Positions 1-12,036 of a DNA stretch of 64,000 nt are shown piece by piece. The stretch spans positions 620,001 to 684,000 of the forward strand of contig OZ025667.1 of assembly GCA_964019335.1 (NCBI GenBank), written 5' to 3'. How positions within the stretch are numbered: position 1 is the stretch's first letter; the number at the start of each line of letters is the position of its first letter. The DNA is from Diplonema japonicum. Its lineage: Eukaryota > Protista > Euglenozoa: Diplonemea. A model generated the notes under the pieces. It had not been told where the DNA came from. It was given only the letters and a program-made list of their open reading frames with translations, and made no database searches. The translations under genes and the position numbers were made by a program.

Positions 1-219
1 GCCGCTCCGAAGAATGCGAAACTCGCTTCCAAAATTGGGTCCACTGCTTGGGGATGAAGCGGAGGGTATCCATTTTTTTCTTTCTTTCTTCCCTTTTCCC
101 TCTTTCCTGTAATCAAGTAGACAGTGCTTGTGCAAAGCGCCAACGCTGTCCTTCTCGTATGAATATATATATATAAATATATTTCGCTCTTTTCTTAAAT
201 ATTGTCTTGTACACCTTTG

Positions 220-257
<38 letters not shown>

Positions 258-350
258 AAAAAAGAAAAAAAAATTAGTATACCCCTCTTTTTTTTTGTTG
301 ATATATCCCACATTTTTTAAGCAAATAAAGGGGGAAAGGTCACCCCTCAT

Positions 351-1070
351 ATGGAAGCAACTGTCGATGATGTGGAAGCAGCTGCAACAGGCGTCATATT
401 CGAAGGACATATCGTGCCATTCGAAGACGTTGGCAACGTGTTTGGGGTAGTGGAGGAGGTGGGGGGTGGGTTACGCGCGGTGGGAGCCACGGTGCAAGGG
501 CTGGTGGTAGTGGATGTAGTGATGCAGGTTGTGTATGCGATTTGGTTGTGCGCTGTAAACAAAACAAGGGTAGGGGTGGCAAGCCTGGTCTGCCTTGTCT
601 TCACAGAAGCAAGCATCTTATACTTCTTCAGAGATTACAATAAATTCAGCATTTTGTACAGCAAGCCGCAGCGATTACGCTTGGTTTCGTTTTTGCTGCC
701 TGTTACCGACTTGGTGGCTTTTCATTCGCTCTGCTGCCCACCTCCTGTCCCCCGATATATATGGTGTACAGTGCTTACCTACAGACATGTGTCGGCAACA
801 GCGTCGTTTCGTTGTGTTCTGACCGTGCCGCTCTTGGTGTTGCACACGCAGACTGGTTCGCTCCCTTACCTTCTCACCTTAATTCCACACTCTCTGTTGT
901 ATTTACTTACAGTAGTTTTTCTGATTTTCCTTCGAGGGGGGGTTGCGTTTCCGAGGTTTTTGAACTTCTTCGGGCTGCCCAGTACCCCCTACACTTCTCA
1001 GTCCGTTGTGATGCTATTCATTTACGTGATTGCGGCTTCCGTGGTGCTAGTGTTGATGGAACAGTTGTAA
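351..1070 (+). CDS. Hypothetical multi-pass membrane protein
   Basis: 239-aa ATG ORF with several hydrophobic segments, flanked by A/T homopolymer spacers; no family recognised. Confidence 0.55.
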   Translation: MEATVDDVEAAATGVIFEGHIVPFEDVGNVFGVVEEVGGGLRAVGATVQGLVVVDVVMQVVYAIWLCAVNKTRVGVASLVCLVFTEASILYFFRDYNKFSILYSKPQRLRLVSFLLPVTDLVAFHSLCCPPPVPRYIWCTVLTYRHVSATASFRCVLTVPLLVLHTQTGSLPYLLTLIPHSLLYLLTVVFLIFLRGGVAFPRFLNFFGLPSTPYTSQSVVMLFIYVIAASVVLVLMEQL

Positions 1071-1169
1071 AATTGATATATATATATATGTTGGGCTGTT
1101 GCTGACCACTTCGTTTCCTATCTTGGTGAATTTTTTTTTTTTTTAACTCCTCTGTCAGAGTCGTGTGAT

Positions 1170-1205
<36 letters not shown>

Positions 1206-1570
1206 TTGAAACAAGTAAAACAAAACTTTGAAAAGCATTGTTATTGCGAAAAAAAAAAAAAAAGAATAGAGGCAGCGTGTCCGTTTACCCCTACTGTTGG
1301 TGAAAAAAACGGCTTTGCACAAACAACTAGCCGACTCTCTCCCCCCCCCCCTCTTTGTGGTGGTGCTTTGAAAGAGTTTTATAGATTTTTCTATTTCTTT
1401 TTTTTTGGAAAAAAAAAAAAAAAAAAGAGGGGTGCTGCCGCTTAACTCCTTTAGGCGTTCGTAATGGTATTGCTGTTTTCTTTTTTTTTTTTTTTTTTGC
1501 TTTGCTTTGTTTCTTTGTTGATTTCAACAAAAAAAAAAGAAGAGAAAAAGGTGAAAAAGAGCAGGGGGAA

Positions 1571-2101
1571 ATGGAAAAATTCATCGAGAGCCTCACGGCA
1601 CTAGATATCAAAGTGGTTGCGTTTGACATGGATCAAACTGCGGTGAACCAGCACTCCATGGGGAGGATGAAGAAGAACGAGGTCCACAAGTTTGTGGCAA
1701 ATGCTTCTGTTGACTTCGTGAAGGTCGTCCCGGAGCTGGTGAAGAGGGGGTTTCTACTAGCGATAGCCACCCATTCTGATGTTATAGAGTACACAGAAGA
1801 GATACCTAGAGAAGAGCACCTTATAGGAGATGACCTTGTGAAGCACTTACTCGAAGCACTCTTTCCACCACACATCTCAGCCAAGTTCTTCACCGTGGCC
1901 TACAACACCTCACGCAGGCGGGACCTAGTAAACCCCGGGAAGGTGCATCACATGAAGCTAATCTCTAACCACTACAGCATGCCCTTTGAAAATCTCATTT
2001 TGTTTGACGATGATGAGCGAAACATTGCGTCAACGAGCAGCCTTGTGAAGTGCTGCCATACCAACCCTAAACAGGGTTTCAAGTTCGCTGACCTCCGCTA
2101 G
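1571..2101 (+). CDS. HAD-superfamily hydrolase/phosphatase
   Basis: ATG at 1571; motif I VAFDMDQT and C-terminal motif LFDDDERN. Confidence 0.75.
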   Translation: MEKFIESLTALDIKVVAFDMDQTAVNQHSMGRMKKNEVHKFVANASVDFVKVVPELVKRGFLLAIATHSDVIEYTEEIPREEHLIGDDLVKHLLEALFPPHISAKFFTVAYNTSRRRDLVNPGKVHHMKLISNHYSMPFENLILFDDDERNIASTSSLVKCCHTNPKQGFKFADLR

Positions 2102-2212
2102 TCGGAGGCGCAACACCAAGCCACTAGCTTTTCTATCTTTTCTGGAGACGAGTCTTCTCCTTTTTTTTTATTGTCCCCGTCCGCAATCCTGTCATAGCAT
2201 AGTAACAGGGAA

Positions 2213-5200
2213 ATGGAGCCTCCAAATGGCACGAAGGGCTGGCAGCGAATCGGCAGCATACTGCACCTGATCACACGGCTCGCCTCGCAGCAAGGGATGC
2301 CCAGCGTGGTCCGCGACCACTTCACCGGTCTTGGCGATGTGGCAGAGACGATGCGACGGAACAGGTTCTCAATTTCCAAGAACACCGACGACAGTACACT
2401 TGCCGTGGTCGAGGCGTGTGTGAGCAGCATCGTAGAGACCGTGCAGCAGTGGGCTATGGACGGGACCCCACCACCGCTTCTCTGCAGGCACATCTCCACC
2501 GACTGGGCGTCCCGTCTGGTCGTAGTGCTGTCCCGTATTGGTGTCACCTACAAACTGCCATACAACGGGAGGCTTCGTCCTGCCCCTGACCCCACGTCAC
2601 GAGGGGTGCAGAAGGAATACAGTATCAGTCAAAGAGAAGCCCATTCTCAGATACAGTTCCGCAGGAGCGCGGTGCGTGTGACGGGGACGCTGCTCGGTGT
2701 GGATGGAAACGGTGCATGGGAGATGTACGAAGGCATTCACATGGACAGGGCGGTCGCTGTGAAGGTGTATTTTAACACTAAGGCTGCTGAGAGGAGCTTC
2801 CGTTCTGAGCTGGCCATGCACCTCCGTCTTTCGTACCACCCTAACATCCCCAGCCTGTTGGGATGGGCACACAGCCGTGCCCCGCTTGATGCGACCCCCT
2901 CGCCCTCGCACTCCCCACGTTCCTCCGTTGCCCCCTCGAGCCCGCGCTTCTCCACCATCCCCCTCTCCTCGCCCCTCGCCGATGACTGCACTTACATCGA
3001 CGACTTCCCCGACAGAGCGCCCGACGGCCCCCTGCTCGTCCTGGAGCACCTCGACGGCCCCTTGGACGACGTGCTCCCCGACAGGGGGTTCGGGAAGGAC
3101 TCTCACAGAATCATTCTGGGACAGATAATACGAGCAGTTATCCACATACACACCTCAGCACCGCAGCAGCTGGTTCACGGCCTGCTGAATGGAATGAACA
3201 TCCTGATCGGCAGCGACGGAAGCACAAAAGTGACAGGCATCGATGGGTGCCAGCCTGCCGACGATCCTGAAGACAAGGCGAGGCTCCTATCCGACACGCA
3301 TTGCAACCCTTGCTACCAGGCCCCGGAGCTGCTTCTAGCGACGGGGAAGATGCTGCCTTCTGCAGATGTTTTCAGTATAGGGTGTTTGATGCTGAAACTG
3401 TTGACAGGCGAAGACCCTCCTTTGGACCCGGACCAGCTATTGGACTGCATTGCAGCTGCTAGGCTGCCAGGCTTCTGGCATTCTCTTGTCGTACGTTGCA
3501 CGGCAGACGAGCCTGATGAGAGGCCTACAGCAGCAGAGCTGCTCACGATCATCGAGAACACGCCGTCGCTGTCCTCGTACCGTCTGGCGGAGGGGCCAGA
3601 TTCTGACTCGGACTCTGCGACAAGCGCTTCGACCACACCAGTGAAGTCAGAGCGTCAGATTCGCCGTGACATCGGCAACGAGCTGTCCCTCCTTGGGTGC
3701 TCCACCACAATGGCCACTGACACGGAGTCCGAGTGCAGCATCGACGAAAAGGACAACAACCCAAGCTACGTGAAGGTCCCCATGGCATCGGAGGGCGCAG
3801 CCCCTGTGAACCTCCTCGGGGTGGGCACTGAACCACTTATCAAAAGGGTACCTCTTGAGAAAGACGATGACAGCCATATGTACTTTCCGTCACGGCACAC
3901 GGCAGATGATGAGTGGATCACGGAGAGGAAGGAGCGGCTGCTCGAGATCGAAAGGCTGCGCGAGGAAATACGCACCATTGACAACGAGAGGGAAGTGAAG
4001 CCGTTTGGCTTCAGGCAGCACATCGCGGAGAAGATTAGCATGACACACTTCAGGAACACGTGTGATGTGGCGACCAACGAGGCGACGACGCAGCTGAGGG
4101 AAAATGGCGGGCGGTATAAGGGAACAGCATACGGCGAGCTGTCGCTGGGCTTGTGGTGCTCGCGGAATAACGGCGACAACGAACGGGTCGAGGGACACTA
4201 CAAGGCAGCAGTGGAACTGGCACAGAGCAACGACGCGGAGCCTTTGTGCCATCTGGGCAAGCATTACATGTCCCAGTACAAGGCTAAGGTGACGCAGGCA
4301 AACTTGAATTGCACGATTCTACTACTCAACGACGGTGTGCTGCGCCTGTCGCACAAGGACATGCTGCCCACCATCGGGGCGTCCGTGGTGCTGCCATTGG
4401 TGACGGGGAATATCATCTGGCGTGTGGACCAAGAGATGCACAACGGCGTGAAGCTTGTGACGCAGGAAACACTTGTGGAGAGGAAACGTATCGATGGGAA
4501 GTTCAGAACAGAGGAAAGTACATCGAGCAAAGACTGGCTATCGGCCGAGAACAACGACACCCTATGGAAGAATGGCGTGGCAGAGATAGGCCTGGAGATG
4601 AAGGACTGCGGCACATGGCTGGAGCTAGAGGGAGGGGAATACAAGGACAGCAAAATGAAAAAGAAGCTCGAGAACGCCTCGGAAGCCCTGCAGCAGGCCG
4701 CTGATATCGACCCGACGCATCTGCCTGCCATGCTTGCGTTGTGTGAGTCACAGAAGCTGAGCGAGAGATGGATCGACGCTGTTGCGACGCTGCGGAAACT
4801 TCTGAAGTACCACCCACGCAGCGCTATTGTACATGCTACCCTTGCAGAGGTTCTCCATCACCACTTTCCGAGTGAAATCGACGCTGCTGAGAAGTCATAC
4901 AGGCTGGCTATACAGTACAATGGTGAAGGCCGCAAAGAGCAGGCGAACCTGCAGGGCAACCTTGCCATATTCCTGGTTCACAAAGGTGCGAAGGCTGCCG
5001 CACTGGATACATTCAGATCAGCATTGGCATTGGACCCTGACCACACAAACAACATGTTCAATGCGGGCATGTTCTTCAAGATAATAGGCAGCCCCATGCT
5101 GGCAGTGCAAGGCCGTACAGAGGCGGAACTGAGGAGGGATCCGGTGCTCGCAAAGCTGGGCCTCACGCTTCTCAAGCACGCAGGGTCTCTAGGGCACGAC

Positions 5201-5437
5201 CATGCAGAGCTTGAAGCTAAAGAGCTCGAGGCCAACCTTACCAAACTACACCCACGCCATGTCGACGTTGCCTTGAAAGCGTCACCCGTTATACCCCCCG
5301 ACATCGACCACTTGTTGCATTTCAACATCCCGAAGGACATCCCCAAGGGCTTCGTGCGCCCAGCACGCTCCGCGTCTGCTTCCACATCTGCGCGGTCGCG
5401 ATCGAAGTCACTTGTAGGCATGCAACGTAGACTGTGA
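2213..5437 (+). CDS. Protein kinase-like (probable pseudokinase) with C-terminal TPR repeats
   Basis: VAVK, HPNI, YQAPE, ADVFSIG and ERPTA subdomains are present, but HRD reads HGL and DFG is absent. TPR-like helices such as ALQQAADIDP and FRSALALDP follow. Confidence 0.8.
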   Translation: MEPPNGTKGWQRIGSILHLITRLASQQGMPSVVRDHFTGLGDVAETMRRNRFSISKNTDDSTLAVVEACVSSIVETVQQWAMDGTPPPLLCRHISTDWASRLVVVLSRIGVTYKLPYNGRLRPAPDPTSRGVQKEYSISQREAHSQIQFRRSAVRVTGTLLGVDGNGAWEMYEGIHMDRAVAVKVYFNTKAAERSFRSELAMHLRLSYHPNIPSLLGWAHSRAPLDATPSPSHSPRSSVAPSSPRFSTIPLSSPLADDCTYIDDFPDRAPDGPLLVLEHLDGPLDDVLPDRGFGKDSHRIILGQIIRAVIHIHTSAPQQLVHGLLNGMNILIGSDGSTKVTGIDGCQPADDPEDKARLLSDTHCNPCYQAPELLLATGKMLPSADVFSIGCLMLKLLTGEDPPLDPDQLLDCIAAARLPGFWHSLVVRCTADEPDERPTAAELLTIIENTPSLSSYRLAEGPDSDSDSATSASTTPVKSERQIRRDIGNELSLLGCSTTMATDTESECSIDEKDNNPSYVKVPMASEGAAPVNLLGVGTEPLIKRVPLEKDDDSHMYFPSRHTADDEWITERKERLLEIERLREEIRTIDNEREVKPFGFRQHIAEKISMTHFRNTCDVATNEATTQLRENGGRYKGTAYGELSLGLWCSRNNGDNERVEGHYKAAVELAQSNDAEPLCHLGKHYMSQYKAKVTQANLNCTILLLNDGVLRLSHKDMLPTIGASVVLPLVTGNIIWRVDQEMHNGVKLVTQETLVERKRIDGKFRTEESTSSKDWLSAENNDTLWKNGVAEIGLEMKDCGTWLELEGGEYKDSKMKKKLENASEALQQAADIDPTHLPAMLALCESQKLSERWIDAVATLRKLLKYHPRSAIVHATLAEVLHHHFPSEIDAAEKSYRLAIQYNGEGRKEQANLQGNLAIFLVHKGAKAAALDTFRSALALDPDHTNNMFNAGMFFKIIGSPMLAVQGRTEAELRRDPVLAKLGLTLLKHAGSLGHDHAELEAKELEANLTKLHPRHVDVALKASPVIPPDIDHLLHFNIPKDIPKGFVRPARSASASTSARSRSKSLVGMQRRL

Positions 5438-5585
5438 GAGTTATTATAGATTTGTCATAAAGAACACTACATACATGTAGCTAGAAGTTGTTTAATAGAT
5501 ACGTATTCTTATTCACCGCATGTATACAAATCAACATTATACAACACAACAGTGATTATTTGATATCTTTCGCAAAACTTTTAAA

Positions 5586-6464
5586 ATGAAGAAGGCCGCG
5601 ACATCTACTGTGATGAGGACCGGGCGCCGCACGTACGCGACGGGGAAGGACATCAAGCACGGGATCGAGGCTCGCCAGGCGATGCTGGACGGTGTGGAGA
5701 AGCTGACGAGGGCTGTGGTGACGACGCTGGGGCCGAAGGGGAGGAACGTGATCATCCAGCAGCCGTACGGGGCGCCGAAGATCACGAAGGACGGTGTGAC
5801 GGTGGCGAAGGCGATCGAGTTCTCTGACGCGTTCGAGAACCTCGGGGCGCAGCTGGTGCGTCAGGTGGCGAACACGACGAACGACATGGCTGGGGACGGG
5901 ACGACCACCAGCACGCTGCTCTCGTGCGCTGTGTTCAAGGAAGGGTTCAAGGCGGTGGCGACAGGGTCGAACCCGATGGACCTGAAGAGGGGGATGGACG
6001 CGGCCGTGAAGGTGGTGCTGGGCTCCCTCACGGAGCAGACGAAGCACATCACGACGAAGGAGGAGATCGCACAGGTTGCGACCATCTCCGCGAACGGCGA
6101 CCACGAGATCGGACAGCTCATCTCGAACGCGATGGAGAAGGTCGGGAAGGAGGGAGTCATCACGGTGGCGGACGGGAAGACCCTCGACACGGAGCTCGAG
6201 GTGGTGGAGGGGATGTCCTTCGAGAGGGGTTTCATCTCCCCCTTCTTCGTCTCCAACACGAAGACCCAGAAGGTTGAGTTCGACGAGGCCTACGTCCTCG
6301 TCTCCCAGCAGAAGATCTCTTCCATCAACTCGATCCTCCCTGCTTTGAACTTCATTGCCCAGGCGAACAAGCCCCTTGTCATTGTTGCTGATGACATTGA
6401 GGGTGAGGCTCTTACCACTCTGATCTACAACAAGGTTTGAAAAGAAAAGAAAGAAGAAGAAAAA

Positions 6465-6495
<31 letters not shown>

Positions 6496-7788
6496 CAAAA
6501 CAAAAAAATGAAGAAAAAAAACAAAATAAAATAAATAAAACAGATCAACGGCAAGATCAAAGTGGCCGCCGTGAAGGCCCCCGGGTTCGGAGACAACAAG
6601 ACCAACACCCTGCAGGACATCGCGATCTTCACCGGGGCGACCATGCTGAGCGAGGATGCCGGGACCTCCATCACGGACCCCAGCGACTTCAGCGAGACCA
6701 TGCTCGGGCAGACGAAGAAGGTGACGATCTCGAAGGACAGCACGATCATGCTCTCCGGGGCCGGGAGCGTGGAGGGGATCCAGGAGAGGTGCGACCTTCT
6801 GAAGGAGCTGATCGACAACGAGACCAGCGACTACTCCAGGGAGAAGCTTCAGGAGCGTCTCGCGAAGCTCGGCGGCGGTGTCGCCGTGATCAGGGCCGGT
6901 GGTGCCTCCGAGGTCGAGGTCTCGGAGAAGAAGGACAGGATCACCGACGCCTTGAACGCGACCCGCGCCGCCGTCGCCGAGGGGATCGTGGCTGGTGGTG
7001 GTACCGCCCTCCTCTACGCCTCCACCCGCCTCCAGACCCTCATGGACGAGCCCACCCTCATCCCTGACCAGAAGGTTGGTGTCAGGCTCATGATGAACGC
7101 CCTCAAGGTTTGTTTTCTTTTTCTTGGTTGTTTGATCTTTTTTTTTCCCCCCCTCCGAATTTTCATGATGCACACCTATACTGACAATGTTTGATCCAAC
7201 ACTTAGGGAGTGGGGGGATGAGCCCCTCCCGCAAAAAATAACAATACTCAATTGATACTCCTGAGATGCAAAATATACCAAGGAAACGACTTTCTTTTTT
7301 TCATTTTCTTTTCATGATGCACACCTATACTGACAATGTTTGATCCAACACCTAAAGGGAGTGGGGGGATGAGCCCCTCCCGCAAAAATAACAACTCAAT
7401 TGATACTCCTGAGATGCAATACAATAAAGGAGGGGAAGAAATTGTGGGGTTGTTTTAACACACAACACCACTACAGCTGCCTGTTCGCACGATCTCTGAG
7501 AACGCTGGCGTGGAGGGAGCTGTCGTTGTGGAGAAGGTGCTGGAGCAGGGTGAGGAGGGGTTCGGCTACGACGCGCAGAACGACAAGTACGGTGACATGT
7601 TCAAGGCGGGCATCATCGACCCCACCAAGGTGGTGAGGTGCTGCATTGTTGACGCTGCCTCCGTTGCCTCCCTCCTCACCACCACAGAGGCGGCCATCTG
7701 CGACCTCCCCGCCAAGGAGGGAGGTGCTGCCCCTATGGGTGGTATGGGCGGCATGGGTGGCATGGGCGGTATGGGTGGCATGATGTGA
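5586..7788 (+). CDS. HSP60: Mitochondrial chaperonin Hsp60 (Cpn60), copy 1, 3 exons
   Basis: Exons 5586-6434, 6544-7107, 7477-7788 join in frame across GT-AG introns. Motifs [22 protein letters not shown] and a (GGM)n tail; Arg/Thr-rich presequence. Confidence 0.97.
7165..7264 (+). ncRNA. Intronic box C/D snoRNA, copy a (Hsp60-1 intron 2)
   Basis: C-box-like ATGATG, D' CTGA, internal GGGAG...CTCCC hairpin and terminal D box CTGA preceded by guide CAATTGATACTC, complementary to SSU rRNA GAGTATCAATTG. Confidence 0.8.
7314..7412 (+). ncRNA. Intronic box C/D snoRNA, copy b (Hsp60-1 intron 2)
   Basis: Near-identical repeat of 7165-7264; boxes and guides conserved, spacers diverged. Confidence 0.8.
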
Positions 7789-8578
7789 GCCCGGTGAAGA
7801 AATCAAACGAAAAAAAAGATTTTTTTTTTTTTTTTTTACATACTGACAACTGATGTTGCATACAAAAAAAAGAATACCCCCTCTATCCCCTCCCAACTCC
7901 CCCACCCGCACCCCAATAAGAAAAAAAGAAAAATAGGTTTTCGTTTCTTTAGGTTTCCCCCCGCTTTTCTCCCCCTTTTATTCTTTGAAGCTTTATTCTG
8001 AAAAAAAGGGGGGGGAGGGGGGGGGGGGGGGGGGGGCAAATGGCTTTATTAGCTTTGGTTTTTTTTATACTTTCCCATAATTTCTTTCTTGTCAAAAAAA
8101 AAGTAAAAAAAAAAAGAGGGAAAACTGCTTGGTGTTGAAGGAAACAGGCAGTTTTTATTTTTAAAAAAGGGGGGTGGGGGAGGGTGAATTGAAGGAAATC
8201 TAGTTGGCCTTCTATTTTCCGCCGCCCCATTCAATAGGATCAAACTATCATTTAAAAAAAAAGGAGGGGGGGAGAGAGAAAAGAGAAAAAAAACCTGTTA
8301 AAATTCAAGGAGAGCTGCTGTTAGTTGTTGTTTTTTTTTTAAAAAGAAAATGAGAAGAAAAAAAATTAAACACTCAAAGCGCCCGAAAGAATATAAAGAA
8401 AAAAAAATTTCTTTTTTTTTTTCAATAGTTTCAACTTTTTTTTATACCCCCCCTCTCTCCCTTCCTTCCACTGATTTCTTTTCTTTTTTTTTTCTTCCTC
8501 CCTTTCTTTTTTTTTTCTTCTTTTTTTATACATATCATATCCCATCCACACCTTGCAGGAGTTGTTGCCCAGTACCAT

Positions 8579-9180
8579 ATGCAACATGGGGGTAGGGAGC
8601 CTCCTCCAGCGCACTCCAGAGAATGGGAGGAACGGGCGAGTGTCCAAATAGGAGTAGAGGAAGGAAGAGGTATATTGGAAGAAATGAGTATTTTTCGGCT
8701 CCGCGAATTGTGTGAAGACATGTTACTGGAGGTGGGTGGGGGGAAGACTGACTGTATAAATAGGCTGAAAACTGCTGGTTACGGAGATGGGGAAGGTAGA
8801 GGTCCGGAGCATGCAGCCCCCGAAACCAATCCTGAAGAACTAAGCTATGAAGAACTGTTAGAGCTCACAGGCCGGATCGGGACCGTGCCAATAGGAGTCA
8901 CAGCAGACCAGCTCACTGAAGTATCTCTCACCCACGTACTTTCTGTTGAAGAGACGCTGTCTCTGTCCGGCACGTCATGCAGCATTTGCTTAGATCCCTT
9001 CCTTCCACAGGAACGGGTTCGCAGGCTGGTATGCATGCATTTATACCACACTCGGTGCATCGATCCTTGGGTATGTATTGGGTTGGGGAAAAAAAAAAAA
9101 AAAAAAAAAAAAAGGTAACCGGCGGGCGGTCACGGTGTTGTCCTGTGTGTCATTGGGATGTGTTGGTTACACCCCCGTAA
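8579..9180 (+). CDS. RING-H2 E3 ubiquitin ligase with SAP-like domain, 2 exons
   Basis: Exons 8579-9070 and 9115-9180 (44-nt GT-AG intron) complete CSIC...CMHLYHTRCIDPW|VTGGRSRCCPVC. SYEELLEL pre-RING motif; SAP-like LRELCEDMLLEVGGGKTDCINRL. Confidence 0.85.
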
Positions 9181-9700
9181 AAAAAAAAAAAAAAAGGAAA
9201 GAAAAAAATATATATATGGGACTGAAGGACCATTTTTGTTTTTTTTTTGGTGAGCACCCGCACGCCGAAATTTATCAAAAATTTTGTTCTTTCTTAAGTC
9301 GTTCTCATCATCTCCGTGTGTGAAGAAAGTCTGGAGAGGAACCCTAAGTGGTTCAGGTTGATACGCCCTTTTTTTTTCGAATTTCGAATTTCGCATTCAA
9401 ATCAAAAATGGGGGTACCGTAAATAGGGCCTGGTCCTTTTTCGGGGAAATTTTAATTCTAATTCACGAACTAAACTTATATTTAAAAGAAAAAAAATTCT
9501 AAAAAAAAAAAAAAAAAAAGGAAAAGAAAATGCATAGAAAATGAAAACACAAAAATTTAATAATAAGTGAGGGTAAAAGAAAAAAAGAAAAAAAAACTTT
9601 TTTTGTTGTATAGACACCCCCTTTCTTCCTTTTTTTTTTTCCGCATCCAGTTATCTTTTTTTCTTTTTTTTTCATTTCTCTCCCTTACTTTCTCTATTCA

Positions 9701-9741
<41 letters not shown>

Positions 9742-10257
9742 GTGAGTTGCCAATAAACTTAACCCCCTTCCTTCCCAGTGAACTTTTTCTTTTATATATG
9801 AGCTCGTCCGGAAAAAAAGTCAACAAATGACCCAGAAAAGTGGTCCGACACCACTTTGTGTGCAGAATACCGCCTAAGGGTGCACCATAGCGGTCAATAT
9901 GTACACCCTAGGTGCTGTATTTCAAGCTTTAAAATTGCATTTCAAACTTTTTTCGCCATTTTTTTTTGACCTCTGTTTTTCGCTTCCCGGGTTGTAAACG
10001 CTTTTTAAAGAAAAAGAAAGAAAGGCCGAGGCCCCAGAAGGGAAAAAGGGGTAGATAAGTAGAAACAAGGGGGGACGTTCCAAACAAGAACCTCCTTTAT
10101 CTCATCTCTCTTTAAAAAAAAAAAAGAAAAAAAAAAAGAAAAAAAAATGGAGCGGACATTTTAATATAAGAACGAGCTCATATTCCCCACAAAAAAAAAA
10201 AGAAAAAAAAAAAAGGAAATACCAAAACAACCACAACGAACAAAAAAAAAAAAAAAA

Positions 10258-11379
10258 ATGGACCCCCTCGTAAACGTAGGCGAAGCAGCAGCCCCTGGCA
10301 GAAAAGTGCTGGTAATAAACACAGGCGGGACAGCATCTATGAGGCAGAACGAAGAAGGGAAGCTGGATACAGTCCCGGGGTATTTAAGTGAGAGAATTGC
10401 AGGGCTGGAAGAGCTCACCGAACCAGGCATGCCTCTCGTCAGCATCAAGGAGTACACCCCTCTCATCGACTCTTCACACATGGAACCAGACACATGGATC
10501 ATGGTTGCAAAAGACATAGAGGACAATTACTACGAGTATGACGGCTTCGTGGTGGTGATGGGGACTGACACCATGTCGTACGCAGCCTCGGCAATGGCTT
10601 TTCTGCTAGAGAATCTGAATAAAACGGTTATATTCACTGGTTCGCAGGTACCACTGTGCCAGCCCTACACCGACTGTCGACGAAACATATTGGTTTCGAT
10701 AATATTGGCTGGAAACGGGCATTTTCCAGAAGTGTGTTTATTCTTCTCGGACAGGCTGCTCCGTGCCTGTCGCAGTACGAAACTGAATAGTTTTAATCTT
10801 GACGCGTTTGAGTCTCCAAATTGTTTGCCTCTTGCAACGCTTGCCACCGGTATGAGGAACGCAGAGCACGGTCTGCATCAACCAAGACAGAGGTTCAGGG
10901 TTCAAAAGGAACTCGCTACTGGTGTGGTTGTTGTGAAGCTCATCCCTGGTTTCGACGACAAATCAATCCGGTTCATGGTAGCCGCCGACGATTCAAACCT
11001 CCGTGCCATCGTCCTTGAAGTGTACGGTTCCGGCGGAGCTCCTTACCAAAAGGAAGGCCTCCGCGAGCTTGTCGCAACAGCATGTGAGAAGGGTATCCTT
11101 GTTGTCGCGAAGTCCCAGTGCATGACAGGGTCTGTCCTTCCTGATCTTTACGCTGCGAATGTATCGAATAATGTGGCTTCGGCGGGGGACATGACCACGG
11201 AAGCCTTGGTGGCTAAGCTGGCGTATTTGTTTGCGAAGCTGGCGTGCGATCGGTACACGGCTTGCCAGAAGGTTAGGGACTTGCTTCTTGTGCCCCTCCG
11301 TGGCGAGGTGTCCCCTGTTGAAATGTACAATCAGAAATTGCTTTCAAGGGAACCCGTCAGTAGTTTGGCGAAATTGTAG
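10258..11379 (+). CDS. Type I L-asparaginase
   Basis: NTGGT, DSS, GTDTM, FTGSQ and KLNS motifs; ends in AKL. Confidence 0.92.
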   Translation: MDPLVNVGEAAAPGRKVLVINTGGTASMRQNEEGKLDTVPGYLSERIAGLEELTEPGMPLVSIKEYTPLIDSSHMEPDTWIMVAKDIEDNYYEYDGFVVVMGTDTMSYAASAMAFLLENLNKTVIFTGSQVPLCQPYTDCRRNILVSIILAGNGHFPEVCLFFSDRLLRACRSTKLNSFNLDAFESPNCLPLATLATGMRNAEHGLHQPRQRFRVQKELATGVVVVKLIPGFDDKSIRFMVAADDSNLRAIVLEVYGSGGAPYQKEGLRELVATACEKGILVVAKSQCMTGSVLPDLYAANVSNNVASAGDMTTEALVAKLAYLFAKLACDRYTACQKVRDLLLVPLRGEVSPVEMYNQKLLSREPVSSLAKL

Positions 11380-11461
<82 letters not shown>

Positions 11462-11675
11462 GTTTTATGAGGGGGGGGGGAGACTATTTTACTGTAAAAC
11501 CAAAAAGAAAAAAAAATTTTAAAAAATGGGAACAAAAATTTTTACAAAATTTTTACAAAATTTTTTTTCTTTCGAATCTCCCCCTTTCCCCCCCGAACGG
11601 GTTTGTCTCTTGTTCATCATATTTTTGTTTTGTTTTGTTCTGTTTTACAGTATACTTAGGAATGAAATCAGATTG

Positions 11676-11708
<33 letters not shown>

Positions 11709-11959
11709 GAGTGAAGCAAAAGAAGAAAGAATGGGGAGGGGGAGAAGAAAAAAAGAAGAAGAAGAAGAAGAAAAAAAAAAAAACGATCTAGAAAGAGGTG
11801 TTCTTTGCCTTTTTTTGATGAGACAAAACTCGATGATGTCCCTTCACAAAAAAAAAAAAAAAAAAAAAAAAACGAGCTGGGAAAAAAGGTGGTTCTTTTA
11901 CGGCATTTTTTTTTCCCCTTTACTACTCTGTATTCCAACAAGCTGGTGATCAACCACGT

Positions 11960-12004
<45 letters not shown>

Positions 12005-12036
12005 CTTCATTCCTGTCCTCACCCCTCAAAGGTGCC

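Noticed and set aside
5556-7281. Long minus-strand ORFs antisense to Hsp60 (also 40841-43128) and to the LINEs
   Set aside because: Shadow ORFs caused by GC-rich codon bias; no independent motifs.
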